NCBI GenBank assembly: GCA_944388045.1
Contig: CALXHG010000003.1
Location: 8,912 to 72,911 of the forward strand
Origin: an uncultured Clostridia bacterium
GTDB lineage: Bacteria > Bacillota > Clostridia > TANB77 > CAG-508
DNA length: 64,000 nucleotides
Direction of reading: 5' to 3'
Below are positions 42,750-53,681 of the stretch, piece by piece; position 1 is the stretch's first letter; the number at the start of each line of letters is the position of its first letter. The position numbers were made by a program, and so were the translations under genes. The notes below the pieces were generated by a model that worked only from the letters and a program-made list of their open reading frames with translations, ran no database searches and was not told the origin of the DNA.

Positions 42750-42977
42750 TTATTTTTTTATTAAATAATATATTTTTAAATATTTAAAAATAGAAGAAAA
42801 ATTTTGCAAAAAATATTCTACTTCATTTAAAGAATTACAAACCTTTTTTGGTATAAATTTAATATTGCTTTTTTCTGCTTTTGGAAAATTTTTGCTATTT
42901 AAATTCCTCATATTATATCTATTTAAAGTCTCAATGCTTTGAGATTCATAAGGATAATAATTTTTTTTGTTATGCAT
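42750..42977 (-). CDS. hypothetical small protein (75 aa)
   Basis: ORF only. Confidence 0.2.
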   Translation of the reverse strand: MHNKKNYYPYESQSIETLNRYNMRNLNSKNFPKAEKSNIKFIPKKVCNSLNEVEYFLQNFSSIFKYLKIYYLIKK

Positions 42978-43139
42978 AATAAACTCCTTTTTTATTTTTA
43001 TAATATATAATATGACTAATAATAATAAAATGATTATTTAAGTTAAATTAATGAGTTAAAAAATAAAAAAATTATTAAAATAAATATATTTAAAAAAAAT
43101 AAAAAATATGATAAAATAAATTAGAAAGGTAGGATTTAA

Positions 43140-43964
43140 ATGATAGGAAAATTATATTTAGTAGCAACTCCAATTGGAAATTTAGAAGATATAACATTAA
43201 GAGCTTTAAAAATATTAAAAGAAGTAGATATAATTGCAGCTGAAGATACAAGGCAAACATTAAAATTATTAAATCATTTTGAAATTAATAAACCATTAAT
43301 TAGCTATCATAGGCATAATGAAGAGCTAAAAAGTGAAACTTTAATTGAAAAACTAAAAAATGGAGAGAATATAGCATTAGTTTCAGATGCTGGCACACCT
43401 GGAATCTGTGATCCTGGTGAAGAGGTAATAAAAAAAGCTATTGAAAATGAAATAAATGTAATACCGATTCCAGGTGCTTGTGCAATGATTAATGCACTAA
43501 TTGCTTCTGGAATTAGTACAAAAGAATTTACTTTTTTAGGTTTTTTGCCATTAAATAAAAAATTGAGAAATCAAAAATTAAATGAAATTGCAAATTCAGA
43601 TAAAACAATTATTATATATGAGGCTCCACATAAAATGGAACAAACTCTTAAAGATTTAGAAAAAATATTAAAAAATAGAAATATTGTTTTAGCTAGAGAA
43701 TTAACAAAAATTCATGAAGAATTTATCAGAAAAAATATTAAAGAATTAATAGATGAAATACCAAAGATTAAAGGTGAAATGATATTAATAATTGAAGGGA
43801 ATTCTGATATAAATAATGAGAATTTTTTAAATAAATTATCATTAGAAGAACATTATAGTTATTATGAAAAAAATGGATTATCTAAAAAAGAAATTATAAA
43901 AAAAATTGCGAAAGATAGAAATTTAAATAAAAATGAAATTTATATGTATTTTTTAAATAAATAA
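43140..43964 (+). CDS. rsmI: 16S rRNA (cytidine1402-2'-O)-methyltransferase RsmI
   Basis: N-terminal LYLVATPIGNLEDITLRALKILKEVDIIAAEDTR, tetrapyrrole-methylase fold. Confidence 0.85.
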   Translation: MIGKLYLVATPIGNLEDITLRALKILKEVDIIAAEDTRQTLKLLNHFEINKPLISYHRHNEELKSETLIEKLKNGENIALVSDAGTPGICDPGEEVIKKAIENEINVIPIPGACAMINALIASGISTKEFTFLGFLPLNKKLRNQKLNEIANSDKTIIIYEAPHKMEQTLKDLEKILKNRNIVLARELTKIHEEFIRKNIKELIDEIPKIKGEMILIIEGNSDINNENFLNKLSLEEHYSYYEKNGLSKKEIIKKIAKDRNLNKNEIYMYFLNK

Positions 43965-44056
43965 AATAAAAAATAATTTAATAATAAAAATATGAGATTA
44001 CAACATTTTGTAATCTCATATTTTTGATGTTCATAAAAACAAAAGTACTTTTGGAT

Positions 44057-44323
44057 TTATTCAACTTCTTTTAAAGTAGCTTCTAAAGTAGATATTTTTT
44101 CAATACATTTTGGACATACCAATCTATCCTTATAAGTAATTAGATTTTTTGAATTACCACAGAAAATACAATTTGGCTCATATTTTTTTAGTATAATAGA
44201 AGTTCCATCAACATATATTTCTAAAGGATCTTTTTCGGCAATTTCAAATTTATTTCTAATTTCTCTTGGAATAACTATTCTTCCTAGTTCATCTACTTTT
44301 CTAACAATACCAGTTGATTTCAT
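44057..44323 (-). CDS. abrB: AbrB-family transition-state regulator
   Basis: MKSTGIVRKVDELGRIVIPREIR N-terminal swapped-hairpin motif. 88 aa. Confidence 0.85.
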   Translation of the reverse strand: MKSTGIVRKVDELGRIVIPREIRNKFEIAEKDPLEIYVDGTSIILKKYEPNCIFCGNSKNLITYKDRLVCPKCIEKISTLEATLKEVE

Positions 44324-44515
44324 AATTTGCCCTCCTTAAACATTTTTTCCAATTCATGTATATAATATCATAAAATTTTAATAACGTCAATTATTTTTTT
44401 GAAAATTTGTTATATTTTTACAAATTTTTTGCTGGTACCATATAAAAAAACTTTTTTTATAAGTACTATTTTGTACAATTTTATAATAGTATTTATTAAT
44501 TATGAAAGGAAAAAT

Positions 44516-45097
44516 ATGTTAAATATATTATGGCCAATATTTATTATTTTATCAATTACTTTTTCTATAACAAATGGAAATTTAGATGTTTTGAATAAAG
44601 CAATAACAAATTCAACAGAAAGTGCTGTATCATTAACACTTACATTGGTAGGAACAACGTGTTTATGGAGTGGAATTATGGAAATTGCATCAAACACTAA
44701 AGTAGTAAACATCTTGAGTAAATTATTAAAAAGGATTATAAACAAAATATTTTATAATATTGATAGAAATGAAAAAGCAGAAAAGAAAATTATTATGAAT
44801 ATTATTGCAAATATTTTAGGATTAGGAAATGCTGCAACTCCACTGGGATTAGAGGCAATGAAAGAATTACAAAAAGATAATATTGAAAAAGATAAGTTAA
44901 ATAATAATATGATGATGCTTATTGTTTTAAATACAGCATCATTACAAATTATTCCTACAACAGTAATTGCAATAAGAACTGCTTTAAATTCTGAAAATCC
45001 AACCAAAATAATTTTTCCTGTATGGATTTCCACAATTTGTGCAGGTTGTGTGGGAATTATTATGACAAAATTTTTAATAAAAGTAGATAAAAATTGA
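44516..45097 (+). CDS. spmA: spore maturation protein A (nucleoside-transporter-like)
   Basis: Multi-TM protein with start at MLNILWPIF (RBS AAAGGAAAAAT). Followed by a spmB-like gene overlapping its stop. Confidence 0.55.
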   Translation: MLNILWPIFIILSITFSITNGNLDVLNKAITNSTESAVSLTLTLVGTTCLWSGIMEIASNTKVVNILSKLLKRIINKIFYNIDRNEKAEKKIIMNIIANILGLGNAATPLGLEAMKELQKDNIEKDKLNNNMMMLIVLNTASLQIIPTTVIAIRTALNSENPTKIIFPVWISTICAGCVGIIMTKFLIKVDKN

Positions 45098-45645
45098 AAA
45101 GGAAAGTGATTAAAATAAAATTTATTAATTATATTTCAATATTGGCAATGCCTTTGACTATTCTTATGATTATTTTATTTGGAGTAAAAGAAAAGCAATG
45201 TGTTTTTGACTTATTTTTAAATGGTGCAAAAAAGGGATTAGAAATAACAATTAATATATTCCCAACATTAATTGGTTTATTTTTTGCTATTGGATTATTA
45301 AATAATTCTGGAATCATCGACTATATTACTAAATTAATTGAGCCTATTTTAAAATTTTTTAAGTTTCCAAAGGAAATATTGCCTCTTGCTTTGCTAAGAC
45401 CTATTTCTGGAAGTGCATCATTAGCTCTTGCAACAGATATTATAAAAAATAATGGAGTTGACTCAAATATAGGTTTAATAGCATCTGTTATAATGGGGTC
45501 TACAGAGACTACTTTATATACTATAGCTGTTTATTGTAGTTCTATAAAAATTAAAAACACAAGAAAAATTATAATACCTGCTTTATTAGCTGATATAACA
45601 GGTATTATTGTATCTATTTTAATATGTAATATTTTATTTAATTAA
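45094..45645 (+). CDS. spmB: spore maturation protein B
   Basis: 183 aa multi-TM. Overlaps the spmA stop (ATGA). Typical spmAB pair. Confidence 0.55.
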   Translation: MKRKVIKIKFINYISILAMPLTILMIILFGVKEKQCVFDLFLNGAKKGLEITINIFPTLIGLFFAIGLLNNSGIIDYITKLIEPILKFFKFPKEILPLALLRPISGSASLALATDIIKNNGVDSNIGLIASVIMGSTETTLYTIAVYCSSIKIKNTRKIIIPALLADITGIIVSILICNILFN

Positions 45646-46002
45646 TGAATAAGTATATAATTGATTATTAAGTTGTTATATGTCGAATTATGTCGAACGA
45701 TTTATCTTGACAAATCACAAATTATAGATTAAGATATAGCTAAATAGCAAATATGTATTTTTAAATTTAATATTTGTTTTATTTTATAATTAGTTATATC
45801 TTTATATAAATTTTAATTCATGTTTTTAATTTTGTAAAGGGAATATATAAATTTCCCCCATAAATCAATGATTAATAAAAATAAAAGATTCCTTATTTAA
45901 GTCAAAAATTTTTTCTTCAATAATAGGCCCCTATTTTATTATTAAAGAAGATTAATTATTATTAATTGTTCCTATATATTCTCTTTACAATTATATATAT
46001 TA

Positions 46003-46040
46003 AAAAGACATAGGGAATATTAAACCTATGTCTTTTTAAA
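46003..46040. terminator. bidirectional hairpin terminator
   Basis: aaaaagacatagg gaatattaaa cctatgtcttttt. Confidence 0.5.
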
Positions 46041-46056
46041 ATTAAATAATATTTAT

Positions 46057-46848
46057 TTATAGATTAATAAAGTTTCCAGGAAAATCTCTATTAGCAACGG
46101 ATAAATTAATATTATCTGTATTGCAACCTGTACTAATAAGCTCATCAACAGTTGTTTGATAAGCAAGTTCTGGAAAATTACTTTCTTTGCTTAAATGTCC
46201 TAAAATAGCAGTATGTAAATTACTATTTTTTAATAAATAAGAAATTGTTTTTCCTGCAATTGTATTAGATAAATGTCCATTACTTCCAGCAATACGTGCT
46301 TTTAAATTAAATGGATATTTACAACACTTTAAAACTTCTACATCATAATTTGATTCTAATAAAATTAATTCACTTCCTTCAAGATTATTTACTATATCTT
46401 TGGTCATGTGTCCAATATCTGTTGCAATACTGATTTTATGAGTTTTATTACAAATATTGAAACCACAAGGGTCAGCAGCATCATGAGGAATTGAAAAAGG
46501 TTTTATTTTAATATCTTTTATATCAAAAGAATCATTTACATTAAAAAAATGACAATTTTTATTTAAAATTTCTTCTAGCTGAGTAGGCATTGCATCAAAA
46601 GTTTTCTTAGTTGTATAAACAGGTATATTATATTTTTTTGATATTGTAGACAATCCTTTTATGTGATCAGAATGTTCATGGGTAATAAGGATGGCATCAA
46701 TTGTAGTTAAATTTTTATCAATTGATTGTAAAGCTTCTTCAATTTTTTTGCAGCTCATTCCAACATCAACAAGTAATTTTGTATTTTCACTTTCAACGAA
46801 CATACTATTACCACTACTGCCACTATATAAACTACAAAAATTTAACAT
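46057..46848 (-). CDS. MBL-fold metallo-hydrolase (YycJ/WalJ-like)
   Basis: HEHSDH motif. 263 aa. Confidence 0.7.
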   Translation of the reverse strand: MLNFCSLYSGSSGNSMFVESENTKLLVDVGMSCKKIEEALQSIDKNLTTIDAILITHEHSDHIKGLSTISKKYNIPVYTTKKTFDAMPTQLEEILNKNCHFFNVNDSFDIKDIKIKPFSIPHDAADPCGFNICNKTHKISIATDIGHMTKDIVNNLEGSELILLESNYDVEVLKCCKYPFNLKARIAGSNGHLSNTIAGKTISYLLKNSNLHTAILGHLSKESNFPELAYQTTVDELISTGCNTDNINLSVANRDFPGNFINL

Positions 46849-46884
46849 ATGTATTCTTCTTTCTTTTATTTTAAAGTGTATGGG

Positions 46885-48144
46885 TTATTCAGAAACTCTT
46901 TCAATTTGGGCTCCAAGATTTCTAAATTTTTCTTCGATATTTTCATATCCTCTATCAATATGTTCTAAATTGAAAACTTCAGTTTTTCCTTTTGCTGCAA
47001 TTCCAGCAATAATTAGTGCTGCTCCAGCACGCAAGTCAGTACAATATACAGGAGCTCCATATAATTTATCAACTCCTTCAAAAAATGCAGACTTTCCTTG
47101 AGCTGTAATTTTTGCCCCCATTTTATTAAGTTCATCTGTATATTGAAATCTAGATTCCCAAATACTTTCAATAATTCTACTTGTGCCATTAGCAATAGAT
47201 AAAACAACACCCATTTGAGGTTGTAAATCTGTAGGAAAACCGGGATAAGGTAGAGTTTTTATAATCGCTTTAGAAGGACGTTTATTACAAATTACTCTAA
47301 TACTATCTCCATAATCTTCAACTTGTCCACCAATTTCTGTAATTTTTGCTGTTACTGATTCTAAATGTTTTGTTATACAATTTTTAATTAAAATATTACC
47401 TCTAGTTGCAACAGCTGCTAACATAAATGTACCTGCTTCTATTTGGTCTGGAACAACTGAATAAGTACTATTTCCAGCAAGTTTTTTTACACCATTTATT
47501 TTTATAACATCTGTTCCTGCACCACGAATATCTGCTCCCATAGTATTTAAAAAGTTTGCAACATCAACAATATGTGGCTCTTTTGCAGCATTATCAATAA
47601 TAGTTGTTCCTTCTGCAAGAACTGCAGCAAGCATAACATTAATAGTTGCCCCAACTGATACAACATCCATATAAATAGAAGTTCCAACTAATTTTGAAGC
47701 TTTTGCTGTAATTTTGCCTTGAGAAGTATCTACTTTAGCACCTAATGCTTCAAACCCTTTTATATGTTGATCAATAGGTCTAGCTCCTAGTTTACAACCA
47801 CCAGGCATACCAACAGTTATATTTCCTTTACGTCCAAGCATACTACCTATTATATAATAAGATGCTCTAAACTTTCTGGTTAATTCTTCTGAGGCAATCG
47901 TTTTTTCTATATTTCTAGTATCAATAGTTATTTCATTTGAATTATTCCAAGTTATTTTTGCACCTAAACTTTCTAATATTTTACAAGACATTTTTACATC
48001 ACTTATATTTGGAAGATTTTCTATAGTACAAATACCATCAATTAATAATGTTGCTGGTAAAATAGCTACTGCAGCATTTTTGGCACCACTAATAGAAACC
48101 TCTCCTTTAAGACGAGTTTGTCCTGTTATTACTAGTTTTTCCAA
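46885..48144 (-). CDS. murA: UDP-N-acetylglucosamine 1-carboxyvinyltransferase
   Basis: 419 aa. N-terminus MEKLVITGQTRLKGEVSISGAKNAAVAILPATLL is characteristic of MurA. Confidence 0.9.
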   Translation of the reverse strand: MEKLVITGQTRLKGEVSISGAKNAAVAILPATLLIDGICTIENLPNISDVKMSCKILESLGAKITWNNSNEITIDTRNIEKTIASEELTRKFRASYYIIGSMLGRKGNITVGMPGGCKLGARPIDQHIKGFEALGAKVDTSQGKITAKASKLVGTSIYMDVVSVGATINVMLAAVLAEGTTIIDNAAKEPHIVDVANFLNTMGADIRGAGTDVIKINGVKKLAGNSTYSVVPDQIEAGTFMLAAVATRGNILIKNCITKHLESVTAKITEIGGQVEDYGDSIRVICNKRPSKAIIKTLPYPGFPTDLQPQMGVVLSIANGTSRIIESIWESRFQYTDELNKMGAKITAQGKSAFFEGVDKLYGAPVYCTDLRAGAALIIAGIAAKGKTEVFNLEHIDRGYENIEEKFRNLGAQIERVSE

Positions 48145-48219
48145 ATGTATTCACCCCCATAATGTATATAAATTAACAATTAAAATATAACATAAAATAG
48201 TAAATATTACAATAGTTTT

Positions 48220-48864
48220 TTAATTTTTTGCGGTAAATAGTCCTGTTTGTGCGAAAAATTCTATTATTTTGAATTTGAATTTAATACTAGAGTTGTTTTC
48301 ACTTTGGGAAATTATTTTAAAAGATTCATCTTCAACATTTTCTTCTAAATTTTCTTTTCCGCTTTTATCAACAATTCCGGAACTTATATCTATAAAACAT
48401 AAAGAAGGAAACATAACACACCACCAATTTTGACCTTCTGCTTTACCAATTTCTACTCTTAATGCATCATAATATCCAGCAGGTAAAGAAATGTCACCAT
48501 AAGATTTTGTTGGAAAATAAAAATTATTTATATTAACTTTTACATCATAATTATAACCGTTTTCCTTAATTGTTTTTTCTGCAATTTCTTGAAAAATCTG
48601 TTTATTTTCATTTGCAATTTTCATAGCTTCAGCTTTTGTTTTACAATCAGAGCAAATATTATTCATATAGTTAAGTAAATTATCTCTAACTTTTAATTTT
48701 AAATCTTGATCTTCTTTAGAATTACTATTTGCAATAACATGCAATCTAAATACAGCTTGTGATAAATCTGAAGAAATTGCAAAAGAGTAATTTTGAGCTG
48801 AAATCAATATATAAAGAAAAAGTAAAAATAAAATTATAAAACTATTTTTTATAAATCTTTTCAT
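48220..48864 (-). CDS. spoIIR: stage II sporulation protein R-like secreted protein
   Basis: Signal peptide then RLHVIANSNSKEDQDLKLKVRDNLL, which I recall as the SpoIIR family signature. About 214 aa. Confidence 0.5.
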   Translation of the reverse strand: MKRFIKNSFIILFLLFLYILISAQNYSFAISSDLSQAVFRLHVIANSNSKEDQDLKLKVRDNLLNYMNNICSDCKTKAEAMKIANENKQIFQEIAEKTIKENGYNYDVKVNINNFYFPTKSYGDISLPAGYYDALRVEIGKAEGQNWWCVMFPSLCFIDISSGIVDKSGKENLEENVEDESFKIISQSENNSSIKFKFKIIEFFAQTGLFTAKN

Positions 48865-49044
48865 ATAAAAATGTATCCTTTCTTAATTTTAAATTAACAA
48901 ATTTGTAAAAAAATATCTTTAAATTAAGTTTTACCCAAAAAATATAATTTATACAAATTAATAATAAATGCTTGACAAAAAAATTAAAAGATGGTAAAAT
49001 TTACCAGTAATCAATAATACATCAATTGAAAGGATGATAAAAAA

Positions 49045-49482
49045 ATGATTATTAAAAATAGAAAAATAGAAAAAATATGTAATTTTTATGTAAGCGAGTT
49101 TCATTTAGAAATGATATTGGTTCCATATTTAAGTGAGAAATTAAAAGAAGAAGAACCAATAAATATAATTAGTGAAAAAAATTTAAATCAATCAATACAA
49201 GAACTTATTTCAAAAGTAAATTTAGATAATAATATTAAAAAAGATATTTTAAAATTAGAATGGAATTCATCAGAAATTAAAGATATTCAAAATAATTCAA
49301 ATGTCATACTAATAGGAACGAAAAATTTTATTGAGAAAAATAAAAACAAATTGATAGATATGGATATAGAAAACCTAAAAATTATTGATTGTTATAATTT
49401 AGAAGAAGTTGAAAAAGATATTCAACAAATAGTATTAACACATGATAAAAATTTGAATACACTAGGGATTACTAAAGTTTAA
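49045..49482 (+). CDS. hypothetical protein (145 aa)
   Basis: ORF with upstream RBS GAAAGGATG. No recognisable motif. Confidence 0.35.
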   Translation: MIIKNRKIEKICNFYVSEFHLEMILVPYLSEKLKEEEPINIISEKNLNQSIQELISKVNLDNNIKKDILKLEWNSSEIKDIQNNSNVILIGTKNFIEKNKNKLIDMDIENLKIIDCYNLEEVEKDIQQIVLTHDKNLNTLGITKV

Positions 49483-49583
49483 CGACAAAATTCTACAATA
49501 AATAAAAAAATTTGAATAAAGTATTGATATTTTCGCCAAAATAGTATATATTTAACTTATGTAACTAAGAAAGGAAGAATGCT

Positions 49584-50828
49584 ATGGACGAAAATTTAGA
49601 TGAAATCAAATGGACACTAAAAAAATACTCTCAAGAACACCTATTAAATGGATTTGATAATTTAAGTGAAAAAAATCAAAAAGAATTATTACATCAAATA
49701 AAAGATATTGATTTTGACCTTATGAAAAGTTTGTATGAAAACACAAAAAAAGAAACAAAAGTAGAAGACTTTAGTATTAAACCAATAGATTATGTTGATA
49801 AAGACAAATTATATGATAATTATAAAAAATATCAAGCAATTGGAATTGAAGCAATAAAAAATAGAAAGCTAGTAGCTGTAACAATGGCAGGTGGACAAGG
49901 TACAAGACTTGGACATAAAGGACCAAAAGGAACATATGATATTGGGTTAGAATCACATAAATCTTTATTTGAATTATTAAGTGATGGTTTAAAAGAACAA
50001 GGTCATAAATATGGTGTTACAATTCCATGGTTTATTATGACAAGTAAAGAAAATAATGATGAAACAGTACAATTTTTTGCAAAAAATAGAAACTTTGGAT
50101 ATGAAAAAGATAAAAATTTGTTTTTCTTTAAACAAGAAGAATTACCAATGATGGATATGGAAGGAAAAATTCTAATAGGTGAAGATGGACTAGTTAAAGA
50201 AGCCGCAAATGGACATGGAGGAATATATCAAGCTCTTGTAAAAAATGGCATGACAAAAAAAATGAGAGAATTAGGTGCAGAATGGGTATTTATAGGTGGA
50301 GTTGATAATTGTTTAGTAAAAATGGTAGACCCAGTATTAATGGGTATAGCAATTGATAAACATGTTACAGCCGCAGGAAAATCAGTTGTAAAAGCAAACC
50401 CTCAAGAAAAGGTAGGAGTTTTCTGTAAAAAGAATGGTAGACCATCTGTTATAGAATATACGGAAATACCAAAAGAAATGGCAGAACAAGTTGACAGTAA
50501 TGGTGAACTTGTATATGGAGAGTCACATATATTATGCAATTTATTTAATATTGATGCAATAGAAAGAATGGGAAGTAAACCTTTACCTTACCATACAGCA
50601 TTTAAAAAAGCAACTTATATAGATGAAAATGGAAATAAAATAGTACCAGATGGACCAAATGCTTATAAATTTGAAGCTTTCTTATTTGATGCTTTTGGAG
50701 AATTAGATGATATGGCAATTATGAGAGTAAAAAGAGAAGAAGAATTTGCTCCTGTTAAAAATGCTACGGGAACAGATAGTCCAGAAACAGCAAGAGAATT
50801 ATATAGAAAGTTTAATCATTTATCATAA
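49584..50828 (+). CDS. UDPGP-family sugar-1-phosphate uridylyltransferase (UDP-GlcNAc / UDP-sugar pyrophosphorylase, eukaryotic type)
   Basis: MAGGQGTRLG...KGPKGTY nucleotide-binding motif and 414-aa length fit the UDPGP (UAP1/USP) family. Confidence 0.65.
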   Translation: MDENLDEIKWTLKKYSQEHLLNGFDNLSEKNQKELLHQIKDIDFDLMKSLYENTKKETKVEDFSIKPIDYVDKDKLYDNYKKYQAIGIEAIKNRKLVAVTMAGGQGTRLGHKGPKGTYDIGLESHKSLFELLSDGLKEQGHKYGVTIPWFIMTSKENNDETVQFFAKNRNFGYEKDKNLFFFKQEELPMMDMEGKILIGEDGLVKEAANGHGGIYQALVKNGMTKKMRELGAEWVFIGGVDNCLVKMVDPVLMGIAIDKHVTAAGKSVVKANPQEKVGVFCKKNGRPSVIEYTEIPKEMAEQVDSNGELVYGESHILCNLFNIDAIERMGSKPLPYHTAFKKATYIDENGNKIVPDGPNAYKFEAFLFDAFGELDDMAIMRVKREEEFAPVKNATGTDSPETARELYRKFNHLS

Positions 50829-50871
50829 AGTATTTAAAATGCTACTGGTGAAAATCAGTAGCTATTTATTT

Positions 50872-51029
50872 TTCTTGAATAGGAAAATCGATTTTTCCTA
50901 TTCAAGAAAAGAGCTTCGCTCAAACGGATGCACACAAATTTTACTTTGTAAAATTTGGCGCGCGAACAATAACGCGGGCTTTGAAATGTTATAAACTTAT
51001 AAAATGTTAAAAGAAGCCCGCTATTGTTC
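50872..51029. repeat. copy 2 of the roughly 160-nt structured element, in the leader of the phosphoglucomutase gene
   Basis: Same three-hairpin layout as copy 1. Distal stem reads GCGGGCTTT...AAGCCCGC, where copy 1 has GCGGACTTT...AAAGTCCGC (a compensatory pair change). Track ORF 50746..50994 runs through it and is probably not coding. Confidence 0.6.
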
Positions 51030-51057
51030 TTATAATAAAATTAGAAAGGAATTAGAT

Positions 51058-52788
51058 ATGAATTATTTAGAAGAATATGAAAAATGGTGTACAGATCCAG
51101 CATTTGATGAAAAAACAAAAGAAGAGTTATTAAAAATAAAAGGAAATGATGAAGAAATTAAAGATAGATTTTATAAAGAGCTTGAATTTGGAACAGCAGG
51201 ACTTCGTGGCGTAATTGGAATGGGAACAAATAGAATGAACAAATATACAGTTGGTAAAGCAACACAAGGATTAGCAAATTATATAATAGAACAGGGAACA
51301 CAGGATAAAGGTGTTGCAATTAGTTATGATTCAAGAAAAATGTCAGATGAATTTAGTTTGCAAACAGCATTAATTTTGAATGCAAATGGAATAAAAACAT
51401 ATTTATTTGAAAATTTAAGACCTGTTCCAGAATTATCTTTTGCAGTAAGAGAACTACATTGTACAGCAGGAATAATGATAACAGCTAGTCATAATCCACC
51501 TAAATATAACGGATATAAGGTTTACTGGGATGATGGTTCACAAATAGTTGAACCGAGAGACAAGGAAATAATTGAAAAAGTAAGAGCAATAAAAGATTTT
51601 AAAGAAATAAAAACTATTAGTAAAGAAGAAGCTATAAACAAAGGATTATTCAATATTATAGGAAAAGAAATTGATGATAAATATATAGACACATTAAAAA
51701 AATTAGTATTAAATCCAGAAATATTAAAAAAAGAAGGAAAAGAACTAAAAATTGTTTATACTCCTTTACATGGTACAGGAAATACAGTTGCATCAAGATT
51801 ATTAAAAGAGATAGGATTTGAAAATGTATATGTTGTTCCAGAACAAGAACAACCAGACGGAAATTTTCCAACAGTTGATTACCCTAATCCTGAAGATAAA
51901 AAAGCATTTAAATTAGCATTAGAATTAGCTAAAAAGGTTGATGCAGATGTTGTATTAGCTACAGACCCAGATGCAGATAGATTGGGAATTTATGCAAAAG
52001 ACATAAAAACTGGTGAATATATGACATATACAGGAAACATGTCAGCATTATTAATAGCAGAATATAGAATTTCTCAAATGAAAGAAAAAGGATTATTACC
52101 AAAAAACGGAATGCTTATTACTACAATTGTTTCATCAGATTTGGCTAAAGCAATAGCTGATTATTACGGATTAGAATGTATAGAGGTTTTAACAGGCTTT
52201 AAAAATATAGGAGCAGTAATAAAAAAAGCTGAAGAAAATAAAGATAAAACATATGTATTTGGATTTGAAGAAAGCTATGGATGTTTAATTGGAGATTATG
52301 CAAGAGATAAAGATGGAATTTCAGCGGTTATGTCTTTGTGCGAAGCAGCTGCTTACTATAAATCTAAAGGAATGACATTATGGGATCAAATGATGAAAAT
52401 TTATGAGAAATATGGATTTTATAAAGAAGACCAAATATCAATTGTACTAGAAGGTGCAGATGGCGCAGAGAAAATAAAATCTATGATGACAAATATGAGA
52501 AATAAAGATATAACAAAAATAGGTGATTATAAAGTTAATATTTTTAAAGATATAAATAGAGATTATGTTAAAAATATGCTTACAGGAGAAGAAAGTAAAG
52601 CTAATTTACCAAAATCAAATGTATTATACTATGAATTGGAAAACAATGCATGGTGTTGTGTTAGACCATCAGGAACAGAGCCAAAAATAAAACTTTACAT
52701 GGGTGTAAAAGGTAAAGATGAAGAAGATGCAGTGCAAAAATTAAATAATTTAAAAATAGAAATGGATAAATTAGTAAGAAATGCATAA
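51058..52788 (+). CDS. pgcA: phosphoglucomutase / phosphomannomutase (alpha-D-phosphohexomutase)
   Basis: Active-site TASHNPPKYNGYKV. Four-domain length. Start at MNYLEEY with RBS AAAGGA; the track ORF starts inside the upstream repeat. Confidence 0.9.
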   Translation: MNYLEEYEKWCTDPAFDEKTKEELLKIKGNDEEIKDRFYKELEFGTAGLRGVIGMGTNRMNKYTVGKATQGLANYIIEQGTQDKGVAISYDSRKMSDEFSLQTALILNANGIKTYLFENLRPVPELSFAVRELHCTAGIMITASHNPPKYNGYKVYWDDGSQIVEPRDKEIIEKVRAIKDFKEIKTISKEEAINKGLFNIIGKEIDDKYIDTLKKLVLNPEILKKEGKELKIVYTPLHGTGNTVASRLLKEIGFENVYVVPEQEQPDGNFPTVDYPNPEDKKAFKLALELAKKVDADVVLATDPDADRLGIYAKDIKTGEYMTYTGNMSALLIAEYRISQMKEKGLLPKNGMLITTIVSSDLAKAIADYYGLECIEVLTGFKNIGAVIKKAEENKDKTYVFGFEESYGCLIGDYARDKDGISAVMSLCEAAAYYKSKGMTLWDQMMKIYEKYGFYKEDQISIVLEGADGAEKIKSMMTNMRNKDITKIGDYKVNIFKDINRDYVKNMLTGEESKANLPKSNVLYYELENNAWCCVRPSGTEPKIKLYMGVKGKDEEDAVQKLNNLKIEMDKLVRNA

Positions 52789-52961
52789 ATAAATATAAAA
52801 ATTAGATAATTTATTATATAAAATTTAAAATAATAATTTGTAAAATTTTATTAATAAAAAATTACAAAGTATTTCTATTAGTACAAAGTAATAAAAAACA
52901 GAAAGTAAAAAAGAATCTAAATGATTAGACTTTGAGCTAATAATTTAGATTCTTTCTTTCT

Positions 52962-53681
52962 TTATTTTTCCGTTTCTTTTTTCCATTCTGGAAGATTTCT
53001 TGAAATTGCACCAAAAATATTTGCTTTAATTGTAGGGATATCTTTTTGCCAAGAAAATATTTCTTCTTTAATTTTTTCTCTTTTTGTATTTTCATCCATA
53101 GGACAAACTTTAGGAAGAACTTTTTTATTATATTTTTTTACAAAATGATTAGTATCTTTTTCTGTTAAAAAAATTAATGGTCTAATCATTGTAATTTTGC
53201 TTCTATCCATATAACTTTTTGGAGAAAATGTAGAAATATTACCAGCATATTTCAAATTTAATAAAAATGTTTCTATAACATCATCCATATTATGACCAAG
53301 TGCTATTTTATTACAATTCTCCCTAATTGCAATTGTATTAATAATTCCTCTACGTAGATTTGCACAAAGTGAGCAAGGATTTTTTTCATTTCTAATATCA
53401 AAAACAATTTCTTTAATATGACTATTTTCTATAAATAAAGGAACATCAATCTCATCGCAGTTACTTTGAATAATATTTGTATCAAAATTCTCAAAACCAG
53501 GATTTATTGTTATTGCTATTAAATCAAAATGTTTAGGGTAAAAGCGTTGTAATGCTTTTAATCCATTTAACATTGTTATAGAATCTTTTCCGCCAGATAA
53601 ACAAACTGCGATTTTATCTCCATTTTCAATCATGTTATATTCTTCTATTGCTTTTCTCATTTTACTTAAAATATGTTGCAT
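52962..53681 (-). CDS. ttcA: PP-loop ATPase, TtcA-like tRNA 2-thiocytidine synthase family
   Basis: PP-loop CLSGGKDS. Conserved CSLCANLRRG cysteines. 239 aa. Confidence 0.65.
   Translation of the reverse strand: MQHILSKMRKAIEEYNMIENGDKIAVCLSGGKDSITMLNGLKALQRFYPKHFDLIAITINPGFENFDTNIIQSNCDEIDVPLFIENSHIKEIVFDIRNEKNPCSLCANLRRGIINTIAIRENCNKIALGHNMDDVIETFLLNLKYAGNISTFSPKSYMDRSKITMIRPLIFLTEKDTNHFVKKYNKKVLPKVCPMDENTKREKIKEEIFSWQKDIPTIKANIFGAISRNLPEWKKETEK

Noticed and set aside
42620-42760. aaataaataaa… low-complexity tract after the GerMN gene considered as a repeat-encoded feature
   Set aside because: Simple A-rich slippage sequence with no periodic structure beyond (AAATAAAT)n. Likely a neutral intergenic spacer or terminator region.
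41640-43140. Searched the right island boundary for a direct repeat of either tRNA-Ser 3' end (att site)
   Set aside because: No copy of ttcgaaccctctcacctacgcca or gttcgaatcccaccctctccgcca was seen. The island cannot be called an integrated element on this evidence.
50746-50994. 82-aa ORF from the six-frame track
   Set aside because: It runs through the duplicated structured noncoding element (copy 2). The same sequence in copy 1 is not in an ORF. Almost certainly non-coding.
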